The notes under the pieces were generated by a model. It searched no databases. It was given only the letters and a program-made list of their open reading frames with translations, and was not told the DNA's origin. 64,000 nucleotides of DNA from contig CAXWPJ010000005.1 of assembly GCA_963664115.2 (NCBI GenBank), forward strand, positions 64,001 to 128,000, given 5' to 3'. This DNA is from Terriglobia bacterium. Lineage in GTDB: Bacteria > Acidobacteriota > Terriglobia > 20CM-2-55-15. The position numbers and the translations under genes are program-made. The stretch's first letter is position 1. Every line of letters begins with the position of its first letter. Below are positions 60,433-64,000 of the stretch, in pieces.

Positions 60433-61398
60433 ATGTCAAATAAAACGAGTCGGCGTGAGTTTGTACGCACGGCCGGTATCGCAGCTACGGGAATGATGGC
60501 AGCCGCACCTTCCGTCTCCAGCGCTACGCCTGCGCAGGCAACGGCCGCGACAACTTCGATGGGCGGAAGATTCCGGCAGATGCTCCAACAACCGGAACCG
60601 TTCTACTGCCTCAACTGTTTCGACGGCCCTTCGGCGCGGTTGGTTGAAATCGCAGGCTTCGAGTCGATTTTTCTTGGCGGTTCCCTCACCGCTCTGGAGA
60701 ATGGGCTTCCGGACTGGGGCCTGACGACGGTGACAGAGTTGCTCGACTTTGCTTCCCGAATCGCCGAGAACGTCAATATTCCGGTGCTTGGGGATGCTGA
60801 CAACGGCGGAGGAAACCCCTTGACCGTCTATCGCACGACGCAAGCATTCGAAAGAGCGGGGCTCGGGGGCGTGATGTTCGAGGATAGGATCCGGATCGAA
60901 CGGATCGGGCAGAGCGGGGACGTCATTGCTACCGACAAAATGGTCGACCGGATACACGCTGCCGTGGATGCGCGTTCCGATCTCGCGATCATTGCCCGTT
61001 CCGACGCTCTGGGGGCGGATCGCTCAATGGAAGAGGCCATCGAACGGGGTGTGGCTTACGCGGAGGCCGGTGCCGACGCCATCCTCTACCCCGGGGTGCA
61101 GCCGATCGAAACCACGCGACGGATAGCCGCCGCGCTTCCCAAACCCCTGTTGGCTCAAATCGGCCCGGGGATGGATGTCGCCTCGGCGAGGGATGCGGGA
61201 GTTCAGGTCCTTTTCTTTACCTCGATGATGCAGGACATCGCCCTGGCGGCTTACAATCAGGCCCTCACCGAATTGAGGACAACGGGAAAAGTTGACGCAA
61301 CATATGACGCCCACCGATTGCCCCGCGAGGTCACCAGGCAAATGGAAAACGCGGAAGCAATTCTCGAACGCGCCGCCCGATACAACGCTCTGCCGTAG
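60433..61398 (+). CDS. isocitrate lyase/PEP mutase-family protein with Tat signal
   Basis: SRREFVR twin-arginine leader; FDGPSARL, GLPDWG, DADNGGG, FED, IIARSDA, AYAEAGAD. Confidence 0.85.
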   Translation: MSNKTSRREFVRTAGIAATGMMAAAPSVSSATPAQATAATTSMGGRFRQMLQQPEPFYCLNCFDGPSARLVEIAGFESIFLGGSLTALENGLPDWGLTTVTELLDFASRIAENVNIPVLGDADNGGGNPLTVYRTTQAFERAGLGGVMFEDRIRIERIGQSGDVIATDKMVDRIHAAVDARSDLAIIARSDALGADRSMEEAIERGVAYAEAGADAILYPGVQPIETTRRIAAALPKPLLAQIGPGMDVASARDAGVQVLFFTSMMQDIALAAYNQALTELRTTGKVDATYDAHRLPREVTRQMENAEAILERAARYNALP

Positions 61399-61574
61399 CC
61401 GTTTTCGATATTACGATCCGTATCGTGGGAGCACGATTCTGAAGTCATTCTGTAGGTGCGGCCTATGACCGCACAGCTTTAGGACTTGTTGTGCGCTCGA
61501 GCAGGTTGTACTGGCCGCAGGACGGCAGGGCCCATGCTACGAAATGCCCGCACCTACAGTTGAGAAGAGAAGGG

Positions 61575-62579
61575 CTACTTCGCGCGGCCCATATAACCGG
61601 TGGCCAGCATCTGGATCTTATAGATCGTCTTCGTATTGTTTCTGTAGCCGTCGGCCAGGAGCAGTTCCTTCCCATTAGGGGCAAGACCGCCTCGGCCAGT
61701 GGCATAGAGCATACTTTTTCCGGGTCCGGAAAATGCGAGGCTGGCGACGTTCCGCGGCGTAGGAATGGTCCCGAGGTGCCCGCCTTCCGGGCTGAATACG
61801 TGGATCCCGGTGGCCTGGGTCGCCACGTAGAGTCGACCGGTCGAATCGACCACCATGCCGTCGCCGTTGCCGCTGGGCAGACTCACGAAGTTGTGTCTAT
61901 CACCGACCGCGCCGTCGGTCCCGATGTCAAATGCCACGATAACCTCGCGGTTCGTGACATAGAGCGTACGCTCGTCCGGGCTCAGCATGATCCCATTCGA
62001 GCGGATATCCTCACCCAGATTGATGACCTCGCCTCCGGGCTTGATCTGGTAGGGTGCGCCTGAGCTGAAGTACACCGCGCCGTTGCCTGCTGCCACGAGA
62101 TCATTGGGTCGTCCAAGTCCCTCGCCCTGATGGCTGTCTGCCAGGACCTTTCGCTGGTTTTCCGGATAGATGATGGAGATCATGCCTGGTTCCGTGCACG
62201 GCAGGTCCCCTCTTCCGGGGTCCGTGCACGTCCTTTGTGCCGCGATAAGGCGGCCCTGTGAGTCCATCGAAACCGAACCGCCTCCATGTGTGTCCCTGAC
62301 GTAGGCGGAGTCGAAGTCCCGCGCGTCCAGTTTGCGGATCGTGCTGGTCTGTTCCTGCGCAAACAAAAGACTGCCATCGGGAAGACCGAGGAGACCGTCC
62401 GCGTTATCGGTTCCTTGCCAGGCCTGCTGCCATTCGGTCCCTGCGGCGATAATGCCGGGGATCCCTGTCACTGTCACATCTCTGGGGAGCGTCTCGTCCT
62501 GGGGTGCGGCAACCGCGCCGAATGTGACGTTTGAGCCTAAGACACACCAGACGATTGCGAGCATTGCGTTCAATTTCAT
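61575..62579 (-). CDS. SMP-30/gluconolactonase family secreted protein
   Basis: PNDL, NGIMLSPDE..LYV, DGMVVDSTGRLYVA. Confidence 0.88.
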   Translation of the reverse strand: MKLNAMLAIVWCVLGSNVTFGAVAAPQDETLPRDVTVTGIPGIIAAGTEWQQAWQGTDNADGLLGLPDGSLLFAQEQTSTIRKLDARDFDSAYVRDTHGGGSVSMDSQGRLIAAQRTCTDPGRGDLPCTEPGMISIIYPENQRKVLADSHQGEGLGRPNDLVAAGNGAVYFSSGAPYQIKPGGEVINLGEDIRSNGIMLSPDERTLYVTNREVIVAFDIGTDGAVGDRHNFVSLPSGNGDGMVVDSTGRLYVATQATGIHVFSPEGGHLGTIPTPRNVASLAFSGPGKSMLYATGRGGLAPNGKELLLADGYRNNTKTIYKIQMLATGYMGRAK

Positions 62580-62995
62580 AGATCCTCCAAGTCCCTCGTG
62601 CCGGCTGCCGGTCGCTTGCTGTCGAGAGCGGTTGAACTGTGATTTATAGAGTGCGGCTTTTTCTCAATGTAGTTTGGCCGGTCGCGACATGCATCCATTC
62701 CCGGAAGAATACTCGCGGGTCGTCAGGCACAAATTAATGTGGCCATCATCATGTGTGTGAGCTGGGGCGTCAAGAGAAATTCCGTCCTTTATACGCCCTG
62801 GAACCCCTTTAACGATCCTCTCGTTCTTCTAGACGGTTCAACGGGGCTTTTTTGAGTGAGGCGGCGACGCTGTGATTGGTCCCAAAATCGAATCCTGAGA
62901 TCTGAAGAGTCGTCTCCGGGAAAAAGAGTTTACCGGTCGGTTTCGTGAGGGCATAGATCGCATATACAGTTTGGACTCAGTGTTCCCTAAACGTG

Positions 62996-63028
62996 AAACT
63001 GGCCCCGGGTCTCACGACCCAGGGCCAG
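62996..63028 (-). terminator. putative terminator after the TonB receptor gene
   Basis: CTGGCCCCGGGTC-TCAC-GACCCAGGGCCAG stem, short U-run. Confidence 0.5.
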
Positions 63029-63057
63029 CCTATCGAACAGGTGTTTTTCGCTCCGGT

Positions 63058-64000
63058 TTAGAAGATGAACTTCAGAGCGAATTGCATGATCCGAGGGTCC
63101 TCTGCCCCCCGAATTTGGCCGAAGGTGTTGCTTCTGTCGTGGCGCACCTGCGGAGCGTCGAACCGCGTGCTGTTGGTCAGGTTGAACGCTTCGGCCCGGA
63201 TTTCAAGCCGCTGCGCTTCCGTCAGCTGGAACGATCTTGACAGCGCCACGTCGAGTCCCCACCTGCCCGGGGCCCGAACGGCGCCCGCGCCCAGATTGCC
63301 CAGTGTACCGAGTGCCGGCGTCTCAAACGCGTCGGGGTTGAGATAGTTCTTAGGGTCGTTCTTGTCCCCATAGACATTATCCAACACCACATTGGGGCGT
63401 TGGTCGCGCATGAAGTTCCGCGCGGGGTCCCGGCGGTTCGTCACGGTTAACGCTCGACCCGTGTTGATCCTGAGGATGGGCGACAGCTGCCAGCCGGATG
63501 CGAGGACCTGCAGCGCCCGGTTGTTGAACTGCGGCGTCGCGGCCACTCCGGACAGATTGAAAAGATGCCGCGTGTCCCGGGCCGCAACCGAGCAGTCGCC
63601 ACGGCCGAACCTGCGGTTGTTCGCATCAATCCAACCGTTATCCGCGTTGCCACCGTTCACAACGTCCTGCTGCGGGTCGGTGATGCAATGGGACCAGGTG
63701 TAGTTTGCATTGAAGGAGATGCCGCTCACAGGGCGTCGCTGAACCGAGAGGACCAGACCGTTATAGCTGGCCGTGCCCCCGCTGTCGATCCGGCCTATGA
63801 TGCCGTACTTCTCCGAGATACTCTTGGGTACCACCGGGAAGATCGCCAGCATGCGCCGATCTATGCGATTGGACGTGGTTCTCGAGGAGCATTCCCTGCC
63901 CGGCCTGACCGTGAAATTAACGGTCGCCCCGTTCAAAAAGCAGTTTCCGTTGGCGTCGCCATTACCTGGAACGAAAATCACAGGATTGATATGCTGCGTG
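63058..64000 (-). CDS. TonB-dependent receptor (Oar-like), C-terminal part; 5' end outside the window
   Basis: SYNGL, ANYTWSH, GWQLS, RPNV, LEIRAEAFNLTN, FGQI...PRIMQFALKFIF with terminal Phe. Confidence 0.9.
   Translation of the reverse strand, partial: TQHINPVIFVPGNGDANGNCFLNGATVNFTVRPGRECSSRTTSNRIDRRMLAIFPVVPKSISEKYGIIGRIDSGGTASYNGLVLSVQRRPVSGISFNANYTWSHCITDPQQDVVNGGNADNGWIDANNRRFGRGDCSVAARDTRHLFNLSGVAATPQFNNRALQVLASGWQLSPILRINTGRALTVTNRRDPARNFMRDQRPNVVLDNVYGDKNDPKNYLNPDAFETPALGTLGNLGAGAVRAPGRWGLDVALSRSFQLTEAQRLEIRAEAFNLTNSTRFDAPQVRHDRSNTFGQIRGAEDPRIMQFALKFIF

Overview
Bacterial genomic window, most consistent with an Acidobacteriota-like organism (inference from the Oar-like TonB receptor C-terminus, DUF6152/DUF6644-like genes and stand-alone ClpB-D2 ATPase). 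The main feature is a ~25 kb minus-strand type IV filament locus (9204-34091). Its assembly genes are MSHA/T4aP-like: MshEN-ATPase, PilC, fused PilM-PilN, PilO, PilP-like, secretin, ExeA/MshM ATPase, GspB-like/TPR protein and a minimal prepilin peptidase. These are followed by a PilS/PilR-like sigma54 two-component system and eight pilin-like genes with T2SS GspG-type motifs, arranged in three cassettes. Each cassette has a sigma54 -24/-12 promoter and a shared ATCTAC-N7-GTAGAT-like palindrome. Three of the eight pilin genes are broken in different ways (IS256 insertion with 9-bp target duplication, IS3 truncation with loss of the 3' part, in-frame TAG). An adenylate cyclase-Ser/Thr kinase fusion lies inside the array. 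Flanking genes include polX, queG, hom, glnS, korAB and monomeric icd, a PilZ protein, a TMTC-like glycosyltransferase, and a cluster of secreted/membrane proteins (DUF6152-like, MBL folds, DUF6644/DUF2231-like, PQQ sugar dehydrogenase, Tat-signal ICL/PEPM-family protein). No rRNA, tRNA or CRISPR array was seen. All family assignments come from motifs read by eye, not from database searches.
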